From Phoronis australis (taxonomy: Eukaryota; Animalia; Phoronida): a DNA stretch of 64,000 bases. The position numbers and the translations under genes are program-made. The stretch covers positions 658,377-722,376 of the forward strand of contig NMRA01000188.1 in assembly GCA_002633005.1 (NCBI GenBank), in the 5' to 3' direction. Positions 12,008 through 61,972 of this stretch are shown here, piece by piece (within the stretch, counting starts at the first letter, position 1; every line of letters begins with the position of its first letter). Below the pieces are notes generated by a model. It did no database searches, was not told where the DNA came from, and saw only the letters and a program-made list of their open reading frames with translations.

Positions 12008-15000
12008 TGTACATTGTATATATTAAATGAACTGTGTTCTGTTTTTAAACCGTGTAAAAATGCCTTTTTATTGCATTATCCGGAATCGTGTTTAACATAA
12101 TCAGTGTTGGATTAGCCAAAATAAACTGAAACTTTGGGCCTCACACAAAATAGAGGCACCGTCTCGTAGGCACAATGGGCTCTCGAAAGTTGTGTCGACC
12201 AAACAGGGTACAACTGTACGTACGTATGTGTGTACGTATACGTGTATATTTATACGCAAAGACGATATCGTCATGCTAAAATTGTATGGAACGTGTTTGA
12301 AATTTGGTGTGAAAATTTGGAAACTGAATATCCGAAAAAGGAATTCATAAGACGACACAGCATGCACTGAATAATAAAACAATTGATAATTAGTATCAAA
12401 ATAGTAACTGTATATATTATAATAAATAATAAATATATAATTGAAACTAAAAACCACAATAACAATATGCTATCAATAAAATGATAGTAGCCTATTATTG
12501 TTGTCGTTGTTTTTAGTAAATATGTTTATTATTATTTAAAATATATGTCATTATCATTATGATAGTAACAAGACGAGAAATATTGGCAACAATTAAAGAC
12601 TGAGAGAGTTGGTATAACAGTACTCGATGTGGTAACATGCCACACGCCTTCAATTACATATTCTTGCACACTCAAAAACATTTTAACTGTTATAAGTTGA
12701 TTCTAATTTTGCCACCGTAGTCAATGATTTTAGCATCATATCGATTGCTACGCAATGCCGAAGGTGAACTAAACAGTGAAAAACTTTAAATGAAAAAACA
12801 TTAAGTATTGATTTTATAGGTAGAAGTACAAATCTCCAACAAAAATTAAGTTTTGATATGTTTTCTACCTCAGATCAATGAGATAGTAAGAGGCCGACAT
12901 TTTGAAATGTAACAATTAGTTTCAAAGAGTTTAAAGAACATAAAATTAAGCATTGCTTTTATTGACATGAGTATGTCCAATATTAAACTCAATTATTTGT
13001 TGTCTCGTCCAGATTAAGGAAATCGCCAGTGGCCGACATTTTGAAATGTAAAAAACATTTTGAATAAAATAAGTACACTTTAAATATTTTATTTATCCTA
13101 TGCTGTTATCAAAATTCTTGATAAAAAACAATTTTTACTCATACTCAGACTGGGGGGGNGACTGGGGGGGGGGGGCGGAATTGAACGATCCGCTGATTTT
13201 GTTAACCTAGATTCAGAAATATCCATCTAGAATTTTATTCAGTACGGCGACTAATAAATCTCAATCAGTGCAAGACTGGAATATACATTAAAAGCAATAG
13301 TTTCTATACGCGAATTAAATCTTTCTGTATAGCCAATAAAAGAGCAAAAGGGAAATATCTCCCGCTACCTCGCTAGTTGTCGCGTAATGATTTGTGCCCA
13401 CTCTGGCAGTGCAAGGACGAGGTCGGAAAATAACAGATGCTTGCGATATTAAACACACATGAACAGTTATGAGGTACACTTCATATAGCTCATATAATAC
13501 ACTACCAAGACATTTGTCCGATTGAAATTTTACCGCAATTACAAAGAACGCTTTAATTGATGTGCTGTGAAGTACGCCGAATTATTTTCTTGGCCAAAGT
13601 CGGTTGGCCAACAAAATAGCACGGGCCAACCATCCATGCAAGGCTCTTACTATGCAGTTATAAAACCTTCAGTTTGGCATGTTTAATGACATCATGACTT
13701 GTCGCACAACCCTGTAAATGTAAATTTAAATGTTTGTGTCTAAACATATTCTACAATTCTTAAACAAACTAAAATGTGTGTTATTGGAAGGAAAACTGTT
13801 TAGACAAAAAAAAAAACGTCCCGTCAGCCATGTTTATTAATGCAAATTAGGCTTCGGTCGCTGGTTATTCTGAGAAGCCGCTAGGTCTACAATTGTGATG
13901 TACTTCGACAAATCACAAGTTAAGGTTTATTGTAAATGTTCGAAAAAAATCTTTGATGTCTTGCCGTTCCATTTTTTATAAAATTCAATTAAGTTCTGTT
14001 CTATTACACCATTGTTTTTAAAGATTTTTGAAACAATTCTTTTTCGTGAATTTCAACCACAAAACGCGAATTCAATTTTTCGAATAAATTCATTTTATAG
14101 TTTAAAAATTAATTCTTGAGCTTTTACAAGTTTCCACGTCTCAGTATGTCCACAGCGGAGATAGGGACACGAGTAAAAACGCTGCTGATATGTCACTTTA
14201 GGGCTTGCGCGGACATTTTTGCGTTGAAAATTGTGGTTTTCCCCTTTGCGGCATCCGGCCTGATCGGCCAATGGTCCATTTCAGTCACGTGTATTGTTTA
14301 TCATCTCCCATGAGAACATTCGAGTGCGCGTGCACTATGAAAATCGCCACGAAGCCGCACAGATGACACCGTCGCCTTTAAAGTCAATCTGGGTTCATAA
14401 TTTTATTGAGGCGTAATAAAAATTTTACGACTTTGGATTTCCATAATTCTCGCCGCGACTGACTAGTTTATGATACTTCAAATCCTGAAGAGTTCTTCAC
14501 ATACTTTTCGAACCACTCCATGAGAACGAACTGGTGCTCGCTGACATATGTCGTTGTTTTCACGAAAGTCAACGTGAGATAGCGTCAGTTACACCCGATT
14601 AGCAGGGCGTATATCCAGATAATTTTCGGCTGTTACAATGACCAAGTCTGACTAACTCACCACTGTTCTAAAAACAAGTAGTCCTTCATGAATTCTGATG
14701 CAAGTTCAGGTGATGATTTAGTTTTGAAGTAGTGCATCACAACCTATCCGGCAGAACTGAAGAAACAATGCATTTCATTAGTTAGAAATTAAAAAAATAC
14801 ATACAGAGCTGCATATTACCAAAAGTTACAGTTTTAGTAAAATCTAAAACTCGTTCAAAATTTTTATTTTTTTAAAAGGAAAATACTGTATTTTGTGAAC
14901 CGTGACACCAAATCTCTTTACAAAGCGGTCAAAGAGAAGAAAAGTAAATTTATATCCCAATACAAAAATATTTTTCGCTTGAACCATTTTCCATCAATGG

Positions 15001-16289
15001 TCTGATGAGAGCTTGACTATAGTCAGTCTCATCAAAAGTTTGTCTTGTTGGCCTTGGCCACGGACTCCTGGCTAAAATAATTTTTATCAGTGAACTAGTT
15101 GCTGTTATGAATAGAAGTTAATAAAAGTCCTCTCTGTGACAGATTGTCATTAAAAGTGAAAACGGAACTCAGTAAAGGAACATTATCTGCCAGAAGTCTG
15201 TCAAATTCAGCGCAGAATCAAATCTGCAGCTTCCGCCGTCGTAGTCTAAAGCTTTATGCTGGCACAGTTAAACCCCACTAAACAAAAGGCAAATTATGTT
15301 CATAATACTTAGAATTATATATAGCTCGTAAGTCATCAGCATTGATTTCAGCGAATGACTGACAGACAACGGCGAGAATTGGCGATCTGAACTTAAATTA
15401 CAAAAATATTACGAATTTTGTTGTTTTATAGCCATAGTAAAAGCCAACAACTCACAGAAGTTTATGATCATATTCAACAATATTCCCAAAATGCGTTTTT
15501 CCGACACAAAGCTAGCTGAAAATGCCCTTTTAAATAAAACAACCATGAATGTAAGAATAGAAAGTTATGTTTGTCAAAATGTGTAAGCAAGACAACTGTT
15601 GCAAATTACTTGACACTCCACCTGACGACGTTTCTTTAAATGATAACAGGTAAAACCTGTGCCAAGCCTTAAGTTTTAATAGGATCGAGGCAGATTGGTC
15701 TTTTCACCGACAGGAGAAAGCGTGATATATCAAGATGTCATCTCCAAAGTTGTAAGACAACCCATGGGAAAAAACAAACTCAAACAATTGCCAACGACTA
15801 GGCCTACACTGATGTAATGTACTAAAACTTGGGGAAACAAGAATTCATATGCATATTCAGTAGGAAATTCTTGACAATTTCATATGAAACATACATATCT
15901 TATTGTTTCTCATTTTTGTCATAGGCTGAGACATGATGAGAAAACACACTACTAAGAACCGTGAGTCACAAGATAGTTCACAGCAGTTCAGAAAGATGGG
16001 TTTAGTTTGAAATATTTTAGGTGTGTTCCATCCCCTTGGGACACTGAATCGTAAAATTACCGAGCCGTCTCACAAATTTGTCCCCTTGACATAGGCTTTC
16101 ACCGTCAAGAGAAATTGAAGTATCAGCTGCCGTTGACTTCAATCATGTCATGAGAGCATATTTACTGAGCGTGTCCCCAAATTAAAAATTTCGGTAACCG
16201 GGTTTTGACAAGAATTAAAATCACGGCACGTGTCTAATTCGTTCGCAACCCCCCCCCCCTTATTAACCTCAATGAGAAGACGATCGAGG

Positions 16290-16787
16290 AAAAACGATCA
16301 GAACACGGTAACCGACAGGGGATGGATTGAACGATTCGGGGTCCCGCACATATAGCTTCAAGCAACGACCTCCTGAATTGAACCCACTGAGAGCCCTGAC
16401 CAGCAAACCAAACACGCCGACTCCACACGCTGGTACTGAAAATCAAAAGCTCTATACTTGGTGACCTTGGGTCAAACACGGGGACCATACTCAAAGGCTT
16501 GGTTCGCGTCAGTGAGGAACCTGGTCATCGGGCATGAAGTGTCACCGGGTATGGAGTATTTTCGGCGCAGAACTAAGTGGGATGCGGGGTCTGCAGTTCG
16601 TAACGCAGTTTTGTTGTTTACTGCCAGACCCGAGAGCTTTAGTCTCGCTTAGGCATCCGGGCCCTGCCTGGGCGGAGCAACTGAGCAATAACTTGTGGAT
16701 TCTAAACTTATTAATTCAGTGTCAGAAAAGCTTAGCTCAGTCAAGACAATATCGCTACTTTTTGTTGCATAACCTCGCATTAAGAAC
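16290..16787 (-). ncRNA. Candidate structured non-coding RNA, family not recognised
   Basis: GC-richer island with consecutive stems whose G-U wobbles favour the - strand; octamer, PSE-like and TATA motifs upstream; T5 run at 16294-16290. Confidence 0.4.
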
Positions 16788-16810
16788 ATTTGATTTAGAC
16801 CGCTTACCGC

Positions 16811-16884
16811 TATAAAACTGGAGCCTTGTCCTTACTAGGACGAGAGGTGGCGAACCGACAGTTTGTTATTCGTCGCATGCAAAT
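16811..16884 (-). promoter_or_regulatory. Putative compact snRNA-type promoter
   Basis: On -: ATTTGCAT (16884-16877), CCACC (16850-16846), TTTTATA (16817-16811); order and spacing resemble the vertebrate H1 RNA promoter as recalled. Confidence 0.35.
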
Positions 16885-18128
16885 GACGCCAATAAAGCCA
16901 ACTCAGAGACCGTTTTCGAGCAATAACGAACCGTGAATTCCTCTCTTGCTTGACAAAGTGGTCTATAACCGCTCTAACCCGCGCTATCAAATGTGTCCAA
17001 TTGTAGTGAAAAACCGAACCCTGTCAGTATTGGTGGCTTTTCGACTGGACGACAGTCCGTCAGTGTCATGCAGTGGAAGATGGATGCCAGTAATACTTTG
17101 TCCGACTTCATGAAACCGCTTAGACATATTTTGTGTGCCTGACCATGCTAGTTCAGGACATGTATTTTAAACAATTGTTACGAAAGAAATATTTCAATTT
17201 ATGTCAACCCCAAAACCGAAGTCGCACAAAACGTTGATCCAGAATTTCACAAGGAGCACACATGTTCGTTCGAAACATGAGTAACTGAGTTCTTTTGGGT
17301 GATCCTTATGTTTGCTGACTGTGAATTTTGACTTCACTAGATTCGTCATTGCCTAGTACCACGGCAGATTTAGTGGGGGCCTTTAGTGAGCACGACCAAC
17401 CGGCCCTGTCCTTTAAAAATTGTAGTGGCCAGAGACATCAAAGGGACGGTATTCCAGTGGTATGAATAACTATAAGTGCAATAAAACAAAAGAACGAGTT
17501 TCAGAACTATTGTAATGAGACATCTATACAAAAAAAACAACACATTCCCCACTTTACAATAAAACATGAAACCTAAGTGATCTCACAGTCAAAAGTACAC
17601 CAATCAATCAACATTACATCTTAATTACTTATTGGAGTTCTGCAGTTTTACACCCACAGACAGCAGGGCCTGTACACAAAGTATGGTTAATCATAACCTA
17701 ACTGGTGATTCAAATAATTTATGCTAGTCTGGGAAATACAAACTTGTGATTGGCTGGTGTTACACAGCCTTGTGATTGGCTGCTGCTAAGTTATGCAAAC
17801 GAGTCCCTATTGATGTGAACTTGACCCCAAACTCATGGGACACTTTGTCAGACTCAGTTTACCCTACACACCTGCTCATTGAGTTACCCTGGTTTAGAAG
17901 TTGTTTAAAATGTCCTATTGAAAAAGACAATCTCCATAATTCAGGGCACACAGTATATACCTAAACACAAACAGTCACAATTCATGTTTCAGATATACTT
18001 TTTCTTTTCCTTTCAGGAAGTTAAAACAGCCTGTTGCTAATTTAAAAATAGATATTTTATAAATTACAGCGGGTAGTACATTACCCTCTCTACTTGCAAA
18101 TTCCCTTAGTTAATAACATATTAGCGCC

Positions 18129-18273
18129 CCGAGTTTGAAATACAGGCTGGTCCTGGGGCCAGCGGAGTGCGGCCAGGCCAGTAAATTAAAAGTTACTGGC
18201 TCGACTGCCACGAGGCTGGCCTAGGACTAACTGTACCAGTGGGCCGGCACATTTATTTGAAGTTCGAACACTG
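18129..18273. mobile_element. hAT-type MITE, 145 bp
   Basis: 8-bp direct repeat TTAGCGCC on both sides (18121-18128, 18274-18281); right end ...TTCGAACACTG, left end degraded CCGAGTTTGAAAT. Confidence 0.7.
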
Positions 18274-19174
18274 TTAGCGCCATTCCATTTCTTCGACCAG
18301 TTTGTAAGAAATCCACAGGAAATTCAAAAACTAATTTTAAAAATTCCATTATATTGCTCATTTCGAAAAAAAACGTCATGTCGAAAGACTATTTTTGGGA
18401 ATAGAAATTGACAAAACAGCTTCCGTTTAAATTTATTTCAGGCAATACGTTTTAACAAAGGCGAGACAGAAAGCAGATACCGATGAAAGCCAATCTGCCA
18501 TAGTAGGCTCCTAATAAAGTAAGTAAAGACTGTCACATATGATTTCCATTTTTTTCATGAGTACAGTCTTAAATTACTTTATTAGACAGAATACATTTTA
18601 AAAACAAACGAATTGAATAAGTTCACATCTATACACAGTTCACTTTCGATAAGTACATTAGAACTCTATTTTTGGATTGCTAAGAAGTAAATATTCTACA
18701 AATATTGTAATTCTAAACACTCCACTTGGTCTGTTTCTGGTATAGTATTGGCAAAGGCTTTCAAACGTTAACGGAAATAGAGAAGCAATTAACACCAACT
18801 AGTCCACATCAAATAAGAATTTCTAAATTGAAGAGTAGATGAAATGAAAATATGATAATTATTCAATAAACTTAAATCAAAAACACCCTAAAGTTTCTAC
18901 GATCAGGACACAGTCACTGGATGCAATACAGTTTAGTATAAGACAACACAACAACAAGACCCTGAGTCATACTTCATCACATCAATATGATCCACAGGCA
19001 TTTTCAACTTTGCGCGACTCAACAGGTTGATGGGCAACTGGCAAACTCTGAAACAGACAAAATAGTTTAACTTATTCAAATACAAAGTTGGCAAACATCA
19101 TATTTCAAGAAAAGGACAATTGGATTCATATGAAATTTTCAGATCCCTTGTTTTATGAACTGTACCCCAGCCCA

Positions 19175-19576
19175 ATGTTAGAAATTTCTTTTATCATGTC
19201 CCACTTTTGCATGAGTGGCTATCAAACATAGGACTTTTACGATTTTTATGAAAAAATTCAAAAGTTGCATAAAATAAAAATGAAATGATAACTTAGAAAA
19301 CTGTGACAGCATTTCTGAGATTTTACCTTGAAAATTTATTATATCAGATGCAAATGGGGCACATTAATGACATTGTTTCTTTGCAGAAGTACTGACAATT
19401 GTATTTTGTTGAATTTTACTAAAAAGACATGGTCACATGACCCAGTTAATATCATATAGGTATCAAGTCAAACACCAAATTCTACATGATTACTACATTT
19501 AGAATATACACGCTAAGCTAAAATCTCTAGTTTTATAGATATTAAGCAGATTAGTCTGTACCGACCTACATAACCT
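19175..19576 (+). repeat. Dispersed repeat, second copy at ~25779-26129
   Basis: Shared colinear blocks CCACTTTTGCATGAG..GCTATCAAA, TTAGAAAACTGT, CCTACATAACC. Confidence 0.6.
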
Positions 19577-20326
19577 TAATAATGACACACGGACACTATA
19601 AAACCTGTCGCTATCTCTTAACCTTTTTAAAAACACATTATTGGTTTTAATGGGAAGGAACACATCTCTCAAGTACGATGACCTAAATCTGATTCTCTCT
19701 CGTGAAATACTTTAAACGCTCAAAAAACATAGCGGCTACAACAAAAATTGAAAGGCGAGCAAATTTTTTAAGTGATATCATGGCCAAGAAGTGTTTTTTC
19801 GATCATCCCCAAAGTAGAATCCAACTCACAGCTTGAGCGGTCACAGTCCAATGTTTTGCTGGCGGTAAACCCACTTGGTAAATGAGTATTTTAAGCATAC
19901 TAAATTGGTAAAGTTACCAGCCTTGATATGAGCAAAATGAATGACAGCAAATGGTGGGAATTTGTAATAAAATCATAAAAAACGCATTTTGTTGTTTCGT
20001 AGTTTTGGTCAGAGCTAAGAAATTCAAAAAGTACATCTCATCAACAAAAATCCCCAATTAATGGAAAATACGGCACAAAATCAAAAACTTACTACTTTTT
20101 GGAAATATCTACTTTTTACCGAGTTATAGTTTTGCAGATATTTAGCTAACTGTGGACCTGTCTTGCACAATCTTACATCAGCTTGAACTTAGACAATTTG
20201 AAAACATCTGTATACAACCTGGTGTTAGTGTGCCCATTCTGGCAAATAAGATATTACTCGGCAGTTCCAATGCTTACTGTAGACAAATCAACCTAGACAA
20301 CAGTTTGAAGTCAGTTTACTGGATGC

Positions 20327-20450
20327 TTGAACAAGCCTTCAGTGGTGAATCCCAAAGAACCCCCAGTCTCTTGTCCACCCATTCATTTGAACAAGCCTTC
20401 AGTGGTGAATCCCAAAGAACCCCCAGTCTCTTGTCCACCCATTCATTTGA
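20327..20450. repeat. Perfect 60-bp tandem duplication
   Basis: TTGAACAAGCCTTCAGTGGTGAATCCC...CCCATTCAT occurs twice head to tail. Confidence 0.9.
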
Positions 20451-21293
20451 GCTTGCCACAATCCTTTAATCATGACATTTCTGTTTATAGCTAAATTTCT
20501 GTGGCCAGTAAAAGCCAAGCATCTAACAAAAAATTGGAGACGTGAATGAGTAAAATGCACAAAAACATAGATAATGAATGGGAAAAAATTTGCACAGAAC
20601 ATCAGCTTTTAAAAATTAGTGCGAAAGGTGCACCTTTCTCAGGGGTAATCCAGTAATTTACGGTTTGTTTTGACATAACGTCTTCCAACAGTAGATAACT
20701 GAACCAGGTCAACGTTGAGCTTCACAATCAACGGTCTCCTCTACTAGCACAGGGAACAGTTCGCGTCGGCTTGATTTACAACTTCTGATAAGTTGCTAGT
20801 CTGGGTAACTGAACCTGACTACAGCTTAATAACTCGGTAAGAAAAATAAACATTTCACAATCCCAAGTATGAAGTTAATAGAAAACTGTAACTTATCGGC
20901 TGAAAACATCCACACCCCAACATAAAAGGATTACAGTACATTGTTTATATTTGAGTTAACTGTGATAGTCAATAGTCTTTAACACAATTTCATCTTGGTA
21001 TAATACCGTAAAAATAGCATTTTATGGGCAAGTGAAAGGTAACAGCACAAAACTTGGCGCAACAATCAAGCCATAACAGTTTATGCTTATACCATTAACC
21101 CTCAGCTCAGCTGAGCACAACCATAATTTTAAAGCCATGCACAGTGCCGTCTTTGAAGTAGTTACTTTTGTCTGAAGCACATATCGTAAATTTTTTAAAC
21201 ATCGCGTGGTAGCAGTCTTGACTTTACATGACTATACTGTTGATGAAGTGAAACCCATTTAGAGAGCTTCTGAGAATAGATTTCTTGTAATTA

Positions 21294-21539
21294 CAGTACA
21301 AGACAAAAGTATTCAGACAAAATGACCTGAAATGCCTCGTCATGGTGGCTGGGCGGAAGCCAAATTCATGACAGAGAATGAAGGAAATTTAACAGGAAAG
21401 TTCGTAAAAGGTAGTTAAACCATTCTGTAATTAGAATTTTGTTGCCCAAACTGTTATTTCCAGCAATCTTTGCTTTAAACAGAATTAGCTGTCATGATAG
21501 GAAAATGGTATTATGTCTGATCACTTTTGTCTTGTACTG
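21294..21539. mobile_element. Tc1/mariner-type MITE, 246 bp
   Basis: 17-bp TIR CAGTACAAGACAAAAGT / ACTTTTGTCTTGTACTG flanked by TA on both sides. Confidence 0.75.
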
Positions 21540-21693
21540 TAATTCGATTCAGTATAACTTGAAGAAAATGATTTTGAATTAATTATTCCCCTTGTGAACT
21601 ATTTATCATCACTTCATTCTAAACTAAAAACGCATATCTGGTGATCTTACCTGAAGATATTATTAAATAACCTATACCGCAGTAGGGTGAACA

Positions 21694-58991
<37,298 letters not shown>

Positions 58992-59343
58992 GACAGCTCT
59001 CGAGTAATCTCGAGTGATTGAGGGGTTTTCCGAAACCTCGCTTGTTCCCTGCGTCAAAGATACTATTACGGCGTGTCGCTAGGTGGCAGAAGCAGCGAGT
59101 TCCGAAAACGAGCACTGCGGCTGCTTGTTGAGCACAACACATTGTGTTTGCTGCATTGACAAAAACAAATTGACGCTCGTGGATTTATGAGCGGGTAAGT
59201 TAACATTTACAAAGTCTGGAAAGCTGGTAAAAGTATAGTTGCCGGGTCCCTATTCAGACCCTATTCAATCCTTCATATCGCCCACAAAAATGATCACACA
59301 TCACACATGAGTCCTTTTCCTCGACTTTCGGTTTCGCCGTAAG

Positions 59344-61274
59344 TAGGGAGGACAACGTTTTTACTAATTTTTTTTACAATACCCGTGTGTCATACATTTT
59401 TGGGTAATGGTGTCAAATACGGCACCCAACGTACTTCTGTTTTTCCCATAAATTACTCCTTTTTGGGTAAATAAAGTTAATATCTGGGTACCAATGCTAG
59501 GCAAATTCTATAGTACTCCCCTTGCGATGTTATTTTTGCTTTAAAACAGCCAGTCTTGCACAAGTACGAACGAATTTCCAGTACTCAATTCTCTCCCGTA
59601 CTGACGCCATCTTTTGAAAATAAGAGAACGCACGTCGTGTAAATAACCACCAAATGACTACGAGATTGTTTACTCAGACTTATACTNGTTCGCGAGATAA
59701 ACACCTGCCGTATTAGGTGGCCTCTACCGACTATCAGCCCTGCGTGGCGATGAGGTCCTCTTCCATCGTCCGAGCGGTAGGCCTAAAGCACAACATGTAG
59801 GGGGAAGACCTGCATCCAGCACCAGGTCGGGAAGGAACTAAAACAAACAGGTCCCAAAGAGCATTTGCCACGAACCTATTACCTGTCTCGGACTCGGTGA
59901 CGGATTTAGAGGTAAGGGGCCAAGAGATCATGCCCCCCCATAAAACTCTTCCACATTCCATTTCGCAGTTCGAGGGTGCGAATGTCCGACTGGCAAAATC
60001 CTGGCTAATACTCTTCCCTGGCCCCCCTAACTCAAACTTGTTGATCCGCTCTGGCTCAGGTGTAATTTTTGTTCTTTTAAATTCAAAAAGTAAACGATGC
60101 ATCGGATAATAGATGCGGCTCTGATTGGTGTAAGTATTCCGAAAACAACGCGCTTGTTATTAAAACGCTTTGTTTGGATTTCATGCTAATGCGAAATTGT
60201 CTGTATGTGTTACGATTGAGTAGATACTGGTATTTTTAAAAGAATATGAAGTAGGAATATTGATAAGCCCAATACATTCATCAAATTGATGTCAAGATCG
60301 CATCATTTCGCGAGCGCGACCTACTGAAAAGTTGTGCCTCAACCTCACCCACCGGAATCACGCACATGCACGGCTGGGCCGAAACTGTATAGTAGTAGAC
60401 GTACATTTTTTTTACCAGACGACCACGTACTTTATTTGACTCAGAGAGCGTAGTAGAGGCTTTAATTTTTTGTCGGTACCGACCCGATGCGACTTTGCTC
60501 AAGTCTCAGATCGCTTGTGGTCGGACGGACATTTTTCCTCCAAACAACCACGCGCTTTAAGGGCCTTGGCGGAGAAGGCGTGGTCCCGACGTACAATTTT
60601 TTACCAGACGACCACGTACTTTAAATAAGCTAGTTAGGAGGTATTTAAGGATCATTACTATCCACAAAAGCTCATTGTTCTTAACTTGAACTACCTCTGC
60701 AAAAGTGTGCAGTGCTGGCGGATAACATTGCCAAGAAAAAAAATACCGTGATTGAAATTTCCTTTGCATGTACACGACGTAGTTGTCATCCACAGGTGGC
60801 GCAATAATACAACCACATTCAAACATAGCGTCTCCGCAAGCTCATCGAGTTCGAAAAATTTGTTGATATTACGACTGCATGTTGGAAGTTGGGAGAAGTA
60901 TTAACACTGCAAGATAGAAAAAAATAGTCATTTCATATATTCGACCCACATATGTGAGTATTTATAAGGAAAAACAGAAATACGCTGGGAGCCGTATTTG
61001 ACACCATTACCCATTTTTGAAAAGCCCTTGGTGTGAGAAATGAAATGGTGCAAAAATCAGAAAAATTGGATGAGCGGTTGACGAGAAAATGGCTGTTGAA
61101 ACGCGACGATTATGCGTAAAATATTTGCCTTTTTACATAATTTCATAAAAAATAAAAGAATATACTTGTGCTGCATATAAAAAGATTCGTCTCATTGAGA
61201 CAAACATGGTGGTGTGTATTATATAAAATTTGGATCGATTTCTACAGAGATATTGCTGTTTAAGTGTGTTGTTA
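59344..61274 (+). mobile_element. Truncated second copy of element A, split by element B
   Basis: 59344-59401 joined to 61019-61274 matches ~57154-57464. Confidence 0.85.
59402..61012. mobile_element. Non-autonomous TIR element B (1.6 kb, contains an N), 6-bp TSD
   Basis: 22-bp perfect TIR GGGTAATGGTGTCAAATACGGC extending imperfectly to ~57 bp; ATTTTT duplicated at 59396-59401 and 61013-61018. Confidence 0.88.
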
Positions 61275-61532
61275 ATAACGGCTCACTACACTGATTAGCA
61301 AAGCCAATGTTCACTGCACCCATTTTCATGACATTTTATCCTATTGTGCACTTCCATGTAAAAATTCTGTGGTATTTTGTGGAGAATCTTACTCAATGTA
61401 ATAAAAAATAATTTCTTACGCTTTGGAATGTTGTCACCTGACAGAAAATCAGTCAAGAGAATAACATTTTACAAGCGACAGAAGACAACTCACATTAAAC
61501 TAGCAATTGTCATGAGGACTTGACAGGAACCT

Positions 61533-61972
61533 CAGTGCCAGCTTGCATGAAACAGTCCCAAATAGGGACTCAACTAATCTTCTACGATCCCTATCTACAT
61601 CGTATTTGTTTCATTCTATACTCTCAGGCGTGATATTTTTTCTATCATTTTATCTTTATCATGAGCTCTTCTTTGACTAATGACATTTTCTAATAATATA
61701 ACTGAAAATCAATCCCTTAATTCAATTAATATAATTTGGAACTTAGTCCTTAAATTACGGGCACTGCATGAAAAGATCCCTACTTATTTTCAATAATATA
61801 GAGATTTCAACGTCGAGTTTACTTTCGGTTTTGTGTTAAAGTAAAAAATTGACTTAAAGTTATGAGACTAAAGCAGCATAGGAAAGGGCAATCATTGTTC
61901 TCACCAGTCCACAAATTTGCTGTAGATCTAGGGAACTTAGTTGAGTCCCTATTTGGGAAGATTTCATGCAGC
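61533..61972. mobile_element. MITE, inverted copy of the 50259-50678 family
   Basis: GTCCCAAATAGGGACTCAACTAA / TTAGTTGAGTCCCTATTTGGG plus internal similarity. Confidence 0.7.

Noticed and set aside
13146-13177. G-quadruplex or GACTG(n) duplication
   Set aside because: The two G-runs flank an N, typical of a contig-join artefact at a homopolymer
14983-15045. Hammerhead ribozyme (ACCATT/AATGGT stem, CTGATGA, second hairpin)
   Set aside because: No GAAA core after stem II (ATCAAAA instead) and no NUH cleavage triplet; better explained as a TGATGAGA/TCTCATCA inverted repeat, at most a dead remnant
16200-16990. Telomerase RNA, 7SK, SRP RNA or RNase P/MRP identity for the structured segment
   Set aside because: No CCCTAA-type template in the structured part, no paired GAUC 5' stem, no SRP helix-8 motif and no intact CR-I/CR-V; only short scattered resemblances
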